A DNA stretch of 64,000 bases from Candidatus Multivorans thiocomprendens (GTDB taxonomy: Bacteria; Acidobacteriota; Thermoanaerobaculia; Multivoradales; Multivoraceae). Positions within the stretch are counted from its first letter, which is position 1, and every line of letters starts with the position of its first letter. The translations under genes and the position numbers were made by a program. The DNA lies in NCBI GenBank assembly GCA_027493375.1, contig JAPVWO010000087.1, forward strand, positions 2,853 to 66,852, given 5' to 3'. This document shows positions 54,513 through 62,739 of the stretch, piece by piece. The notes under the pieces are model-generated. The model was not told the DNA's origin. It did no database searches and saw only the letters and a program-made list of their open reading frames with translations.

Positions 54513-56450
54513 CTACTGCCCATAGCGAACGCCGATCCGGACCGAGCGTTCCGGGCCCGGGAAACCGACCTGGGTCTCGTACGACCCGTCGAAGGCATTG
54601 TCGGCGCGCAGGCTGATCCGCCACCGCTCCGCGGCCTGCCAGGCGAGCGACAGGCCGACCAGATCCCGGCCGGCCACCGAAGTCCGGAACGGCGCCGGAA
54701 TCTGCTCGTCGAGATAGGAACCGGTGTGCCGGGCCTCGAGGCCTAGCCGGACCGACTCGCTCACGTCGACCCGCAAGCCGACGCCTCCGTAGAGATCCGG
54801 CCTGCGACGCAGCGTCCGGCCGGTAGCCAGGTCCTCGGTGTCCTGCGAGGTCAGGCGGACGTCGACTCCGACGCGCGCCGACGGATTCCACACGAGGAAC
54901 GCCTCCACGCCCTGGGCGTCCACCTTGCTCCGGTTCACGATCTGGAAGGTGTCGAAGTCGAAGTCGATCAGGTTCTCGAAGCGGTTCGAGAACAGGGTGA
55001 GGCCGCCACGTACCGCGCCGGCGGCGTGGAACTCGACTCCCAGGTCCGCCCCGGCGCTGGTCTCGGCCTGCAGGTTCGGGTTGCCGCCGATCGCCCGCGG
55101 AGTCGCCAGGGCGTAGAGGCTCGGCAGCTTGAAGGCCTCGCCCGCCGACGCCCGCACCGACCACGCGCCGCCCTCGGGGGTGTATCGCAAGCCGACCCGT
55201 GGACTCACTTCCTCGCCTTCACCCTCGAAGAAGTCGGCGCGCGCACCGAGCTCGGCCACGAAACCGCCGCGGCTCCAGCGCCACTCCGCGAACGCGCCGG
55301 CACGCTCCCGCTCGATCAGGTAGTCGCCGGCGAGCGGGCCGCCGAAGTAGGGCGGCAGCAGCAGCAGACTCTGGTTGCGGCCCTCCTCCGCGAGGCCCTC
55401 GACGCCCAGGCTGATGTCGTACGGCGCGCCGCCGGCCGGAGCGAAGGCGCCGGTCCAGGCCACCCGCAGGTCGTCGAACTCCGTGGACTCGGTGATCGGC
55501 GGCACGACGGGAACGATGGGGGGACTGGTCCTGTCGAGCGTGTGCTCGTAGAACGTCGACCGCAGCGTGTGGCGCCAAGCCTCCCCGGCGCCCAGGTCGA
55601 CCGTCGCCGCGAGCCCGAGATCGCCGTGGTCCGACTCCCGCAGGTCGCCGCTGCCGAAGACCGGACCGCCGGAGCCGTCCGAGTAGTCGTCCGCCTTCCA
55701 GTCGGAGAAGCGCCCCGAGAGGCGAAGCGCGGAAGCCTCACCCAGGTTCCGGCCCCAGCGCGCGCTGAACGTCTGCTGCTCCAGCGCGTCCTCGCCGACC
55801 CGGCCCTGTTCCTCGCGAACCGCGGCATTGATCGAGCCGTGCGACGACTCGCCGGCGCGCCCCCAGGAAAGCCGGCTGCTGAGGTGGTCGTGATCTCCCG
55901 CTTGCGCGCTCCAGCCCAGGAAGGGCGCCTCGTCGCGCGGGGCCGCCGTGATCAACTGCACCGCTCCGGCCAGGGAACTCGACCCGTAGAACGACGACAG
56001 CGGCCCGCGAACCACCTCCAGCCGTTCGATCTCGGCCGCTCCCACGCTGCCGAGCGGAAAGGCGCCGCCGTACTGGTCGGTGCTGTCCGCCATCGGCACG
56101 CCGTCGATCAGGACGAGGGAGAAGTTCGCGTCGCCGCCGCGTAGCGAGATGCCCGCGAGTGCGGCGCTGGAGTCGTTCCCGAGCACCCAGGCGCCGGGAA
56201 CCAGGCGCAGCGCCTCGGCCGCATCGCGCACCGCCAGGTGCTGCAACTCGTCCCTGTCGACGACCTGTACCGAGGCGGTCGCACCCTCCAGGGCGCGGGC
56301 CCGCACCGTGGCCGTCTCGTAGAACACGGTTTCCGGAGCCGAGCCGTCCCGATCTCCGCCGTCTGCGGGATCCGCATTCTGGTCCTGCGCGACGAGAACT
56401 GGCGGAGCCAGTGTCGCGAGCGCCGCGAGCGCAATCGCAAGGGTATTCAC
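54513..56450 (-). CDS. TonB-dependent outer-membrane receptor
   Basis: 645 aa. Signal MNTLAIALAALATLAPPVLVAQ. Plug-domain blocks (VVDRDELQHLAVRDAAEALRLVPG, ISLRGGD, IERLEVVRGP). Beta-barrel C-terminus ...RSVRIGVRYGQ. Confidence 0.85.
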   Translation of the reverse strand: MNTLAIALAALATLAPPVLVAQDQNADPADGGDRDGSAPETVFYETATVRARALEGATASVQVVDRDELQHLAVRDAAEALRLVPGAWVLGNDSSAALAGISLRGGDANFSLVLIDGVPMADSTDQYGGAFPLGSVGAAEIERLEVVRGPLSSFYGSSSLAGAVQLITAAPRDEAPFLGWSAQAGDHDHLSSRLSWGRAGESSHGSINAAVREEQGRVGEDALEQQTFSARWGRNLGEASALRLSGRFSDWKADDYSDGSGGPVFGSGDLRESDHGDLGLAATVDLGAGEAWRHTLRSTFYEHTLDRTSPPIVPVVPPITESTEFDDLRVAWTGAFAPAGGAPYDISLGVEGLAEEGRNQSLLLLPPYFGGPLAGDYLIERERAGAFAEWRWSRGGFVAELGARADFFEGEGEEVSPRVGLRYTPEGGAWSVRASAGEAFKLPSLYALATPRAIGGNPNLQAETSAGADLGVEFHAAGAVRGGLTLFSNRFENLIDFDFDTFQIVNRSKVDAQGVEAFLVWNPSARVGVDVRLTSQDTEDLATGRTLRRRPDLYGGVGLRVDVSESVRLGLEARHTGSYLDEQIPAPFRTSVAGRDLVGLSLAWQAAERWRISLRADNAFDGSYETQVGFPGPERSVRIGVRYGQ

Positions 56451-56499
56451 GGGCGAAGAGCTTAGCCGAGAGGCTCGCTGCTATCGTGCCGGTTCGCTC

Positions 56500-58869
56500 A
56501 TGAACGCGCTACGACGAACGGCACCGGCGATCGCCCTGTTCGTCGCCGCAACCAGCGCGGCCCAGGAGATCGGGACGACCCGCTTCGAGATCCCGGGGAT
56601 CGAGGCGCCAGTCGAGATCCTGGTCGACCGCTGGGGCGTCGCCCACGTCTTCGCCGGCGGCCAGGACGACCTGTTCTTCGCCCAGGGCTGGAACGCGGCC
56701 CGCGACCGGCTGTGGCAGATCGACCTCTGGCGGCGGCGGGGCGAGGGCACGCTGTCCGAGGTCTTCGGGCCCCGCTTCGTCGAGCAGGACCGGGCCGCCC
56801 GGCTGCTGCTCTACCGCGGAGACATGCACGCGGAGTGGCTCGCCTACGCCTCGGACACGAAGCGCATCGTCACCGCCTGGACGCGCGGCGTCAACGCCTA
56901 CGTCGACCTGGTGCTGGAACGGCCCGAGCTGATGCCGCCCGAGTTCGAGGCCCTGGGCTACGAGCCGTCGCATTGGACGCCGGAGGCGGTGACGCGGATC
57001 CGCAGTCATGGTCTGCTGCGGAACGCGACGAGTGAGTTCTCCCGGGCCGCGTTCCTGAACGAACACGGACCGGAAGCGCTCGCCCTTCGTGACCGCTACC
57101 AGCCGGACCACCGGCTTTCGGTGCAGGAGGGTTTTGATCGCAGCTCGCTTGCGGCGATTTCCCGTGCGATCGCCGTCTACCGGCAGGGCACGCGCGGCGT
57201 CAGCTTCAACAACCTCGAGCCCGGCTTCCAGGACGCGGCCGACGCCGCATCCCAGGGCAGCAACAACTGGGCGATCTCGCCGCGCCGCACCGCCACCGGC
57301 CGGCCCCTTCTGGCGAACGATCCGCACCGCACCCAGGCCGTGCCCTCGCTCCGCTACATCGTCCACCTCAGCTCGCCGGGGCTCGACCTGATCGGCGCGG
57401 GCGAACCCGCCCTGCCCGGCATCTCGATCGGACACAACGGCACGATCGCCTTCGGGCTGACCATCTTCAGCATCGACCAGGAAGACCTCTACGTCTACCG
57501 GACGAAGCCCGGCGAGCCCGACTTCTACGAGCACCGGGGCAACTGGCTGCCGATGGAGACGATCGAGGAGACGATTCCGGTGCGCGGCGGTGACGCCCGC
57601 ACGGTGGAACTCCGCTTCACCCGTCACGGCCCCGTCCTCTACCAGGACCTCGACCGGGATCTCGCCATCGGTCTGCGCGCGGCCTGGCTGGAGCCCGGCA
57701 TGGCGCCCTACCTCGGGTCGATCGAGTACATCCGGGCCCGCAACTGGGACCAGTTCCTGGCTGCCATGAACCGCTGGGGAACGCCGTCCGAAAACCAGGT
57801 CTACGCGGACACGAGCGGCAACATCGGCTGGAAGCCGGGCGGCCTCGCGCCGATCCGGCCCAACTGGGACGGTCTGCTGCCGGTACCGGGAGACGGCCGG
57901 TACGAGTGGAGCGGCTACCGGGACATGGACGAACTGCCGGTCGAGTACAACCCCGAGCGCGGCTGGGTCGCGACCGCGAACGAGATGAACCTGCCCGCCG
58001 GCTACGACGTGCCGCTGGGCTGGGAGTGGGCCGGGCCGTACCGGCGGCAGCGAATCGGGGAAGTGCTGGACGCCGAAGACGCGATGACGGTGAAGGGCGC
58101 CGTCCGGCTGCAGACCGACTACGTCTCGATTCCCGCCCGCCGTCTTCACGCGCTGCTGGGACGAGCAAGTCCGACACCGGAGGCCGGGCCGGCGCTCGAA
58201 CTCCTTGGCGGCTGGAACGCGGAGCTCGCCGCGGACAGCGCGGCGGCCGCGCTGTTCGAGGTCTGGTGGCGACGGCACCTCGAAGCCGAGGTCGGCCGGC
58301 GAATGGCGGCGGCCCTCGGGGCGGCCGAAGACCCGCTCCCCGTCCAGGACGAGCACCTGCTCCGGATCCTCGAGGAACTCGACCCGCGGCTCGGCGACCG
58401 GCCGCGGCGGGCCCGCGACGAGGCTCTCCTCGACAGCCTGCGGGCCGCCTGGGCCGACGTCAGCGAGCGTCTCGGCCCGGATCCCGCCGCCTGGCGCTGG
58501 GGCGACCTGCACCAGATCGAACTGCGGCATCCGATGTCGGCGCACCTTCCGGACGACATCCGCCGACTCGCCGACGTCGGCCCGGCCGAGCGCGGCGGCT
58601 CCGGCGACACGGTCGGCAACACGAGCTACGGCGACGACTTCAACCAGCGCTCCGGCGCCTCCTTCCGCATGGTCATCGACGTCGGCAACTGGGACGCTTC
58701 CGTGGCGATGAACAACCCCGGCCAGTCCGGCGATCCCAGGAGTCCGCACTACCGGGACCTCTTCGAGCCCTGGGCCAACGACCAGGCCTTTCCGCTGCTT
58801 TACACCCGCCCCGCCATCCTCGAGGCGGCCGAGGCCCGGATCGAGCTGATTCCCGCTCCTTCGAGGTAG
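56500..58869 (+). CDS. penicillin acylase family Ntn-hydrolase, exported
   Basis: 789 aa. Signal MNALRRTAPAIALFVAATSAAQ. DRLWQIDLWRR. Nucleophile region QGSNNWAISPRRTATGRPLLANDPH. Confidence 0.85.
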   Translation: MNALRRTAPAIALFVAATSAAQEIGTTRFEIPGIEAPVEILVDRWGVAHVFAGGQDDLFFAQGWNAARDRLWQIDLWRRRGEGTLSEVFGPRFVEQDRAARLLLYRGDMHAEWLAYASDTKRIVTAWTRGVNAYVDLVLERPELMPPEFEALGYEPSHWTPEAVTRIRSHGLLRNATSEFSRAAFLNEHGPEALALRDRYQPDHRLSVQEGFDRSSLAAISRAIAVYRQGTRGVSFNNLEPGFQDAADAASQGSNNWAISPRRTATGRPLLANDPHRTQAVPSLRYIVHLSSPGLDLIGAGEPALPGISIGHNGTIAFGLTIFSIDQEDLYVYRTKPGEPDFYEHRGNWLPMETIEETIPVRGGDARTVELRFTRHGPVLYQDLDRDLAIGLRAAWLEPGMAPYLGSIEYIRARNWDQFLAAMNRWGTPSENQVYADTSGNIGWKPGGLAPIRPNWDGLLPVPGDGRYEWSGYRDMDELPVEYNPERGWVATANEMNLPAGYDVPLGWEWAGPYRRQRIGEVLDAEDAMTVKGAVRLQTDYVSIPARRLHALLGRASPTPEAGPALELLGGWNAELAADSAAAALFEVWWRRHLEAEVGRRMAAALGAAEDPLPVQDEHLLRILEELDPRLGDRPRRARDEALLDSLRAAWADVSERLGPDPAAWRWGDLHQIELRHPMSAHLPDDIRRLADVGPAERGGSGDTVGNTSYGDDFNQRSGASFRMVIDVGNWDASVAMNNPGQSGDPRSPHYRDLFEPWANDQAFPLLYTRPAILEAAEARIELIPAPSR

Positions 58870-58898
58870 AGCGCGGTTACACTGTCCGGGCCACCCCG

Positions 58899-59348
58899 AT
58901 GACAGTTGTCACAAGAGCGCTCCGCGTTGCGACGTTCCTCTCGCTCGGCTTGGCCGCGGCCGCGGTCGCCCAGTCCGAGGCGTCCCAGGGCGCCGGCGCG
59001 GCAGACGATCCGGCGGTACCGGCCGTCAACCCGACGCCGTACACCGAGGCCGCCGAGAAGAGGGGGCGCACCCACTACCTGCGGCACTGCCAGATCTGCC
59101 ACGGCTTCGACGGCCGCGCGCTCGAGAACATCGACTTCGAGGCCACCGACCTCACCGACCCCGAACGCTGGCGGTTCGGGACCACCGATGGCGATCTCTT
59201 CCGTTCCACCAAGTTCGGCGCCGGCCTCGACATGCCGCCGTTCGAAGCCGAACTCGACGACGCGGAGATCTGGGAGCTAGTCCACTACCTGCGCAGCCTC
59301 GGCCCCGAGGAGCACCGCGCGGCGGCTGAACCGGAGAATCGACCATGA
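58899..59348 (+). CDS. class I c-type cytochrome, exported
   Basis: ATG at 58899. Signal MTVVTRALRVATFLSLGLAAAAVAQ. Heme site CQICH. Distal ligand region GLDMPPF. Stop overlaps the next start (ATGA 59345-59348). Confidence 0.8.
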   Translation: MTVVTRALRVATFLSLGLAAAAVAQSEASQGAGAADDPAVPAVNPTPYTEAAEKRGRTHYLRHCQICHGFDGRALENIDFEATDLTDPERWRFGTTDGDLFRSTKFGAGLDMPPFEAELDDAEIWELVHYLRSLGPEEHRAAAEPENRP

Positions 59349-61378
59349 GCAAACCGCAACGCCCGTCCCCAGCGCCTTCACCGGCGCAGAACGCCGCGGA
59401 CCCTGCCGCCGCCAATCGGGAGAAACCCGCGAGAACGGTCGACACGGGCGACGCCAGGGCCGACTCCGGCCTCTCGCGGCGCAGCTTCGTCGCGACCGGC
59501 GCCGCCGGCGTCGGCGCAGCCGCCCTGTTCGCGCAGCAGGCCAGGGCCGCCGCCGCCGACCGCGAGGATCGGCCAATCAGCGTTCCGGACGAGATTCCCC
59601 GCACCCGCAACGAGGCCCCCGACCCCGCCGACTTCCCGATGAACGGCGCGCAGGTGTTCGCCCGCGCCTGCGCCAACGAGGGCCTCAAGGCGCTCTTCTG
59701 CGCCCCCGGCAACTACCAGGTGATCAACGCGATCGCGGCGGAGGGCATCCCCACCTACGGCGGCCGCACCGAGGGCAGCATGTGCGCCGCCGCCGACGGC
59801 TTCATCCGCGTGACCGGCGAGGCCGCCGCCTGCTCGGGCACCGAGGGCCCGGGGTTCACGAACATGATCATGAACATCGGCGCCGCCAACGCCGCCCGCA
59901 CCCCGCTCCTCGTTCTCGCCAGCAACATGACGGTCAGCGGCGACGACACGGAACGCGGCATCCAGCGCGGCTACCAGCAGCCGACGACGGTCGGCCTCAA
60001 GAAGTACGGCAAGCGGCTGATCACCCCGAACCGGGTCTACGAGTACGCCGCCTACGCCTTCCGGCACCTGCGCACCGGCGTGCCGCGGCCGGTCCACCTC
60101 GACTTCACCGGTGAGGTCGCGCGGGCCCGGTTCGACGCCCCCGACGACCTGCTCTACTACCACGACAAGAGCGCGTACCGGACCGAGTCCCACCCGCATC
60201 CGTCCAAGGCGGACACGGAGAAAGCGGTTGAGATGATCGGAAAGGCCGAACGGCCGATCATCGTCGCCTCGACCGGCGTGTTCTACGACCGGGCCTGGGA
60301 CGTCCTGCGTACGGTGGCGGAGCGGGCGGACATCGCGGTCGTCGAATCCGGGCCGATGCGAGGCCACTTCCCCGACAGCCATCCCCTGTCGGTCAGCACC
60401 GGTCCCGACGCGCTCCTCTCGGCCGACCTCGTCATCTTCGCCGGCCAGTACTCGATGCCCAACGTCGGCGAGGTCGCCTTCGACCCGGACGCGAAGGTGA
60501 TCCGCATCGATCCGGACGCGGCGGACATCGGGCGCAATCTGCCGGTCGATCTGGGGCTCGTCGCCAGTGCCCGCGGCGGCCTGGAGGCTCTGGCGGAGGC
60601 ACTGCCCCCGGCGTCGCGGCCAGCCTGGCGCGCCGAACTGGCTGCCGCCCGCGACGCGTTCGAGAAGCAGAACGCGGAGTGGGTCGAACTCGGACTCAAG
60701 CACAGCGCGTCCACCGACACGATCCATCCGGCCGTGATCGCCCAGGAACTCTCGAACTTCCTCTACTCCGGCGACCTGCCGAAGGAGCAGACGACGGTGG
60801 TCTCGGGCGGCTACGGCATCGCCCGCTACACGCGGCGGTGGCTGCGCGCTCACCGGCCCGGCCAGATCCTGAACGGCGCGTACCAGTACGGCGCCATCGG
60901 ACCCGACGTCGGCTACACGGTCGGCGCCGGCGCCGCGGTGATGAACGGCGTCGGCCCGCAGGAGCCGTACCAAGGGGCGCCCGTGTTCGGCATCACCGGC
61001 GACGGCGGCATCGCCTACTCCGGCATGGAGTTCGAAACGCTGGCCAAGTACCGCATCCCGGCGGTCATGATCGTCTACAACAACAACGCCTGGGGCGTCT
61101 ACGGATCGGCCCGCCGCGCCACGCGGTCGATGCACATGTACCTCTTCCAGGAGAACCTGCGCTACGACAAGATCGCCGAGGGCCTGGGCGCCCGTGGCGA
61201 GTACGTCACCTCCCCCGAACAACTCCGCGAAGCCCTGCCCCGCAGCTACGAGATGGCCGCCAACGACGGCGTCTCCACCCTAATCAACTGCCAGGCCATC
61301 AAGGAGTTCTGGACCAACGAGTATGCGCCCGGACTGCCCCGCAAGGTCGAACCCGGCTGCATGGCGTACTACCACTGA
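59345..61378 (+). CDS. thiamine-diphosphate-dependent enzyme (acetolactate-synthase-like fold) with a twin-arginine signal
   Basis: 677 aa. SRRSFVATGAAGVGAAALF Tat motif. TPP_enzyme_N block GGRTEGSMCAAADGF...GPGFTNM. ThDP motif GDGGIAYSGMEFETLAKYRIPAVMIVYNNN (GDG-x24-NN). Confidence 0.8.
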   Translation: MSKPQRPSPAPSPAQNAADPAAANREKPARTVDTGDARADSGLSRRSFVATGAAGVGAAALFAQQARAAAADREDRPISVPDEIPRTRNEAPDPADFPMNGAQVFARACANEGLKALFCAPGNYQVINAIAAEGIPTYGGRTEGSMCAAADGFIRVTGEAAACSGTEGPGFTNMIMNIGAANAARTPLLVLASNMTVSGDDTERGIQRGYQQPTTVGLKKYGKRLITPNRVYEYAAYAFRHLRTGVPRPVHLDFTGEVARARFDAPDDLLYYHDKSAYRTESHPHPSKADTEKAVEMIGKAERPIIVASTGVFYDRAWDVLRTVAERADIAVVESGPMRGHFPDSHPLSVSTGPDALLSADLVIFAGQYSMPNVGEVAFDPDAKVIRIDPDAADIGRNLPVDLGLVASARGGLEALAEALPPASRPAWRAELAAARDAFEKQNAEWVELGLKHSASTDTIHPAVIAQELSNFLYSGDLPKEQTTVVSGGYGIARYTRRWLRAHRPGQILNGAYQYGAIGPDVGYTVGAGAAVMNGVGPQEPYQGAPVFGITGDGGIAYSGMEFETLAKYRIPAVMIVYNNNAWGVYGSARRATRSMHMYLFQENLRYDKIAEGLGARGEYVTSPEQLREALPRSYEMAANDGVSTLINCQAIKEFWTNEYAPGLPRKVEPGCMAYYH

Positions 61379-61403
61379 CGGTGGCGTCGGTGGCGGGGAC
61401 CCG

Positions 61404-61579
61404 CTGGCGCGTGGACGGGGGTGGAGGGTCCCAGCGGACGCTCACGCCCGCTTGGTGGATGTGAGGTTGGGCGTTCGCTTCGGTCGCCTGCGCTCCGGCT
61501 TGTCCGTGGTTCATGCAAGGTCCTGGGCAGTCGCTTGGCTCCAGCCCGCTGGGACCCTCCATCCCCGTCCCCGCGCCAG
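61404..61579. repeat. MITE-like inverted-repeat element, copy 3 (diverged, ~176 bp)
   Basis: 34-nt TIRs ctggcgcgtggacgggggtggagggtcccagcgg ... ccgctgggaccctccatccccgtccccgcgccag (3 mismatches). The interior shares blocks with copies 1/2 (ccagcgg.cgctcacgc ... ttcgcttcggtcg ... gtcgcttggctccag). Confidence 0.75.
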
Positions 61580-61613
61580 TTGGACGTCGCCGGACTGCCG
61601 GAAGCGGTGCTCG

Positions 61614-61681
61614 GGGTGCGCGGGTCTTCTGACCCGCTGCCGCCGGAGGCGGCCGGGAAATGACGCCGAAAAGCGGCGACC
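61614..61681. repeat. double-hairpin REP-like repeat, copy B
   Basis: gggtcttctgacccgctGCCGCCggaGGCGGCcgggaaatgaCGCCGaaaagCGGCGacc aligns with 49751-49808, and both stems are conserved. 61614-61635 is an exact 22-nt reverse-complement match to 54441-54462. Confidence 0.65.
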
Positions 61682-61723
61682 GCATTGGATAAAACGAGTC
61701 ACCACGAGGCTTGACGCGCTGAC

Positions 61724-62197
61724 ATGACTCCGCCGCGAGAGATTGTCCTGAGCTGCCTGCGGGGGTATGCGGATCGGGGTGTGTTCCGGGGATTCGGCGC
61801 CGGTGAGGGTCGGCGAGGAAGTCTGGAGTGCCGTTTCCTGTGGCATGCGCCGGAGCCGCATCGGTTGCGGTTCGAAGCGGGGCGGAGCGAACTGGTCTTC
61901 GTCAATCTCCTGCCGGGAGTGCCCTACCCGTCCGAGATGGACCGGGCGCTCAGGGCCTTCGTTGCCGGGCGCGCGAGCGACGACCTGCCTGGTCACCGGC
62001 GGATCGATCCGGCGAAGGCGAGCTGCCGTTGCCGGAACCGGGGCGGCAAGGTGTCGATCGAGGTCCGTTGCCTGGACGGAGACGTCGAGTACGCCGCCGG
62101 CAAGGCGGTCAAGCTGGTCAACGAGATCTTCCTCAACTTCCTGGCCGGCCCCTACGACGGCTACATGATCGAGCACTTCGGGGCGCCGGAGGAGTGA
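61724..62197 (+). CDS. hypothetical protein
   Basis: 157-aa ORF with coding-like composition. No motif recognised. Confidence 0.45.
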   Translation: MTPPREIVLSCLRGYADRGVFRGFGAGEGRRGSLECRFLWHAPEPHRLRFEAGRSELVFVNLLPGVPYPSEMDRALRAFVAGRASDDLPGHRRIDPAKASCRCRNRGGKVSIEVRCLDGDVEYAAGKAVKLVNEIFLNFLAGPYDGYMIEHFGAPEE

Positions 62198-62248
62198 ACG
62201 CCGGGCGCTACACTGGCAAGCGTCCCCAACAACAGGAGGAGCATTCAC

Positions 62249-62653
62249 ATGCACTTTGCCGACCTGAACTGGCTTGCCGTCGTCGTGTCCGCCGTCGCCT
62301 TCTTCGCTTTCGGCGCCGTCTGGTACTCCTTCCTCTTCGGCAAGGCGTGGGCCGCCGAGATGGGCATCGACATGGAGAACCCGCCGGAAGCGAACATGGT
62401 CAAGACGATGGGCGGCTCGTTCGTCCTGGAGTTGATCGCCGCGATCGTCGTCGGCATGGTGATGATGGACATGGGCGGGGGCTACATGGTCGGGATCCAC
62501 GTCGGCCTGCTGCTCGGCCTCGGCATCGCGTCGATGCTGATGGGCGTCCAGTACCTGTTCGAGCAGCGGTCCCTCAAGCTGTGGCTGATCAACGCCGGAC
62601 ACATGACGATCGGCCTGGCGATGGTCGGTGCGATCCAGGGGGCCTGGCAGTAA
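62249..62653 (+). CDS. DUF1761 family membrane protein
   Basis: 134 aa. LNWLAVVVSAVAFFAFGAVWYSFLFGKAW N-terminus and four hydrophobic segments. AGGAG upstream. Confidence 0.7.
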   Translation: MHFADLNWLAVVVSAVAFFAFGAVWYSFLFGKAWAAEMGIDMENPPEANMVKTMGGSFVLELIAAIVVGMVMMDMGGGYMVGIHVGLLLGLGIASMLMGVQYLFEQRSLKLWLINAGHMTIGLAMVGAIQGAWQ

Positions 62654-62739
62654 CACCTGTGGGAGAGCGGGCGTCTCGCTCGCATCCCGGCACCGTGTCA
62701 TCCAGGCGTCCAACCGCGGGGGCTCGGCCCGGTTCGCGA

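Noticed and set aside
54513-56499. Cobalamin or other riboswitch upstream of the TonB-dependent receptor
   Set aside because: Only ~50 nt separate the receptor start (56450) from the divergent acylase gene (56500). This is too short for a riboswitch aptamer plus expression platform.
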